This document shows positions 62,052-64,000 of a stretch of DNA of 64,000 bases, piece after piece. A model generated the notes under the pieces. The model ran no database searches, was not told the DNA's origin, and worked only from the letters and a program-made list of their open reading frames with translations. The stretch covers positions 19,520,001-19,584,000 of the forward strand of contig CP086569.2 of the NCBI GenBank assembly GCA_009914755.4, in the 5' to 3' direction. Both the position numbers and the translations under genes were made by a program. Source of the stretch: the human T2T-CHM13v2.0 reference genome, Homo sapiens. Within the stretch, counting starts at the first letter, position 1; every line of letters starts with the position of its first letter.

Positions 62052-62965
62052 TTCTTATCTTTTTTTGGATTATTTATTAAGAGTTTCTTCCTCCACTGAC
62101 TGTAAAATGCTGAATTATAGTTAAGTGTTTATAGACTAGGTCTGTTTCTCCCTCTTTGAATTCATATTGTACCTGCACTAAATATATTTGTTATATACCA
62201 AGTGGGTACTAAATTTGAAAAAAAAAATTTGGCTTCTCATTTAGTCTTTTGTAAAATTGTGATATAGAATCTCGAACTGTTTCAGAGCAAAAATTGATCT
62301 ATCTATCCTTTATGTTGTCTAATAAGACTCTGTCAGTCAGGAACTAGAGTCTGGAGCAGTGAATCAAGTAACTTTTAAGTGACAATGCAGGGCAATAAAC
62401 CTAGTTTTCTAAAACGTGCTCTTCTTTTTTCTGCCCTAGCGTTTTCAGATGTTTCTCTTCTTTGTAATTATATAAGTGAGAAATACATAATTTTAAATAA
62501 TTCTGTAAAGTTCTCAAATATTCAGACTTTCCTTTAATTTTTAGATTTCAATTGTTTTCATTTCTTCAGTATTACTGTTGAACATTAGTCCTACTTTATT
62601 ATTTTAAAGCCAGATGCAGCAAACATTCCCTGTGAATATGTGTATGTGTGTGTGTTTAGTAGACTTTATTTTTTAGAGCAGTTATGAGTTCACAGCAAAG
62701 TTGAGTGAGAAATGCAGAGCACTCCCATACACCTGCTGTTTCTACACATGCACAACCCACCCCAAAGTCAGCATCTTGCATCAAAGTGGTATATTTTCTA
62801 CATTGAAAATCCTACCCTGACATGTTATTATCACTCAGACTCCATAGATTATGTTAGATTTCACTTTTGGTGTTGTTCATATGTTTTTTATTTTCTTTAA
62901 TTTGTCTGTAACTATCCCAAGGTTTTATGTTTCAAAGTTTTAAGGACACTAGAGGCTTAGCACAG

Positions 62966-63262
62966 TATTTTGTTTTGTTTTGTTTTGCTTTTGAGATGGA
63001 GTTTCTCTCTGTCACCCAAGCATTGAGTGCAGTGACATAATCTCGGCTCACTGCAACCTCTGCCTCCTGGGTTCAAACAATCTCTGCCTCAGCCTCTGGA
63101 GTAGTTTGACTACAGGTGAACTCCCCAGTGCCTGGCAAACATTTTGTATTTTTGGCAGAGACGGGGTTTTACTCTGTTGATCAGGATGCTCTTGAACTCC
63201 TGACCTCAGGGGATCCACCTGTCTCGATCTGTTAAATTGGCAGGTTCATAAGTGTGAGCCAC
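62966..63262 (-). mobile_element. Alu element, antisense
   Basis: A T/G-rich rc tail, then gagatggagtttctctctgtcacccaagcattgagtgcagtgacataatctcggctcactgcaacctctgcctcctgggttcaaac...gtgtgagccaccacaccaggcc. Confidence 0.85.
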
Positions 63263-63372
63263 CACACCAGGCCTTGATTCCTTAAACATGTTTGTTTAAG
63301 ATTGTGGTAGCTTAATATCTACTTTCAAAGTGCTGCCTACTACAACTGTTTTTGGCCTCTTTCCCCTATTGG

Positions 63373-63546
63373 TAGTTTGGGATTACAGGCACCCACCCCC
63401 ACACCTAGACAATTTTTGTAATTTTAGTGGAGTCAGTGTTTCACCATGTTGGCCAGGTTAGTCTTAAACTCCTGACCTCAAGCGATTCATTCGCATTGGC
63501 CTCACAAAGTGCTGGGATTTCAGGCATGAGCCACTGCACCCAGCCT
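63373..63546 (-). mobile_element. Alu fragment (right-monomer region), antisense
   Basis: ttgggattacaggcacccac...gtttcaccatgttggccaggttagtcttaaactcctgacctcaagcgattc...gtgctgggatttcaggcatgagccactgcacccagcc. Confidence 0.8.
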
Positions 63547-63579
63547 TAGAACCATATTGGAATAAAAACATTGTTTGTT

Positions 63580-63840
63580 TTATACTTTCAGTTCTGGGAT
63601 ACATAGGCAGAATATGCAGGTTTGTTACATAGGTATACACCTGCCATTGTGGTTTGCTGTACCCATCAACTCCTCATGTACATTAGGCATTTCACCTAAC
63701 GCTATCCCTCCTGTAGCTCTCCATCACCCAACAGAGCCCCGTGTGTGCTGCTTCCTTCCCTGTTTCCTTGGGTTATTGTTCAGCTACAACTTAGGGTGAG
63801 AAAATGCAGAGTTCGGTTTCCTGATCTTGTGTTAGATATG
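63580..63840 (-). mobile_element. L1 3' UTR fragment, antisense
   Basis: cagttctgggatacataggcagaatatgcaggtttgttacataggtatacacctgccattgtggtttgctgtacccatcaac... is the reverse of the L1 3' terminal region. Confidence 0.8.
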
Positions 63841-63907
63841 CTGGCTTTCTTCATAAGCAACCAAATTTTATTTATCAACATTAGGAATGTATTTATTTAC
63901 TAATTTA

Positions 63908-64000
63908 TTTTTTAGGGACAGGGTCTGGCTCTGTCACCCTGACTGCAGTGCAAAGGCATGATCTTGGCTCACTGCGAGCACTGCCTTTGGGGTTCAATCA
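63908..64000 (-). mobile_element. Alu element, antisense, truncated by the window edge
   Basis: ttttttagggacagggtctggctctgtcaccctgactgcagtgcaaaggcatgatcttggctcactgcgagcactgcc. Confidence 0.8.

Overview
This window reads as primate, human-like genomic DNA made up mostly of interspersed repeats and decayed gene copies. I found no intact protein-coding gene. The content falls into six groups. (1) Two internally deleted betaretrovirus-like (HERV-K/HML-type, class II ERV) proviruses of the same family lie in opposite orientation. One is at 8981-13423 on the minus strand and the other at 52938-58843 on the plus strand. Each keeps both LTRs of about 590 bp, a Lys-type PBS, a PPT and target-site duplications. 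(2) A block of pseudogene fragments is paralogous to the X-linked RAB9A-TRAPPC2-OFD1 neighbourhood, in the same relative order and orientation as on Xp22.2. The parts are a RAB9A-like frameshifted ORF at 36144-36769 (+), a TRAPPC2-like exon at 42518-42665 (-), a decayed CpG-rich bidirectional-promoter remnant at about 59850-60560, and OFD1-like exons 2 and 3 at 60686-62051 (+) with an in-frame nonsense codon and a frameshift. A second, inverted fragment of OFD1-like mid-gene exons sits at 8523-8704 and 13475-13607 (-), and provirus 1 is inserted in the intron between these two exons. (3) A direct segmental duplication of about 7.1-7.4 kb (copy 1 at 1-7110, copy 2 at 14767-22190) is roughly 88-90% identical, and copy 2 alone carries an AluS/Y insertion. 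(4) At least 15 Alu elements are present. L1 fragments include one minus-strand L1 with a twin-priming-type 5' inversion at 49523-50485. There is also an LTR12-like solo LTR. (5) A repeat of about 630 bp that looks like an LTR is present in three copies. (6) Microsatellites are numerous: (CA/TG)n, (TA)n, a (TTTC)n array of about 200 bp that grew from an Alu tail, and a TA-rich low-complexity tract of about 550 bp. All calls come from reading the sequence and from remembered protein and repeat consensus sequences. Exact repeat subfamily names and the chromosomal origin need a database search. I suspect a Y-chromosome OFD1P/TRAPPC2P/RAB9AP cluster or another Xp22.2-derived duplicon, but that is inference.
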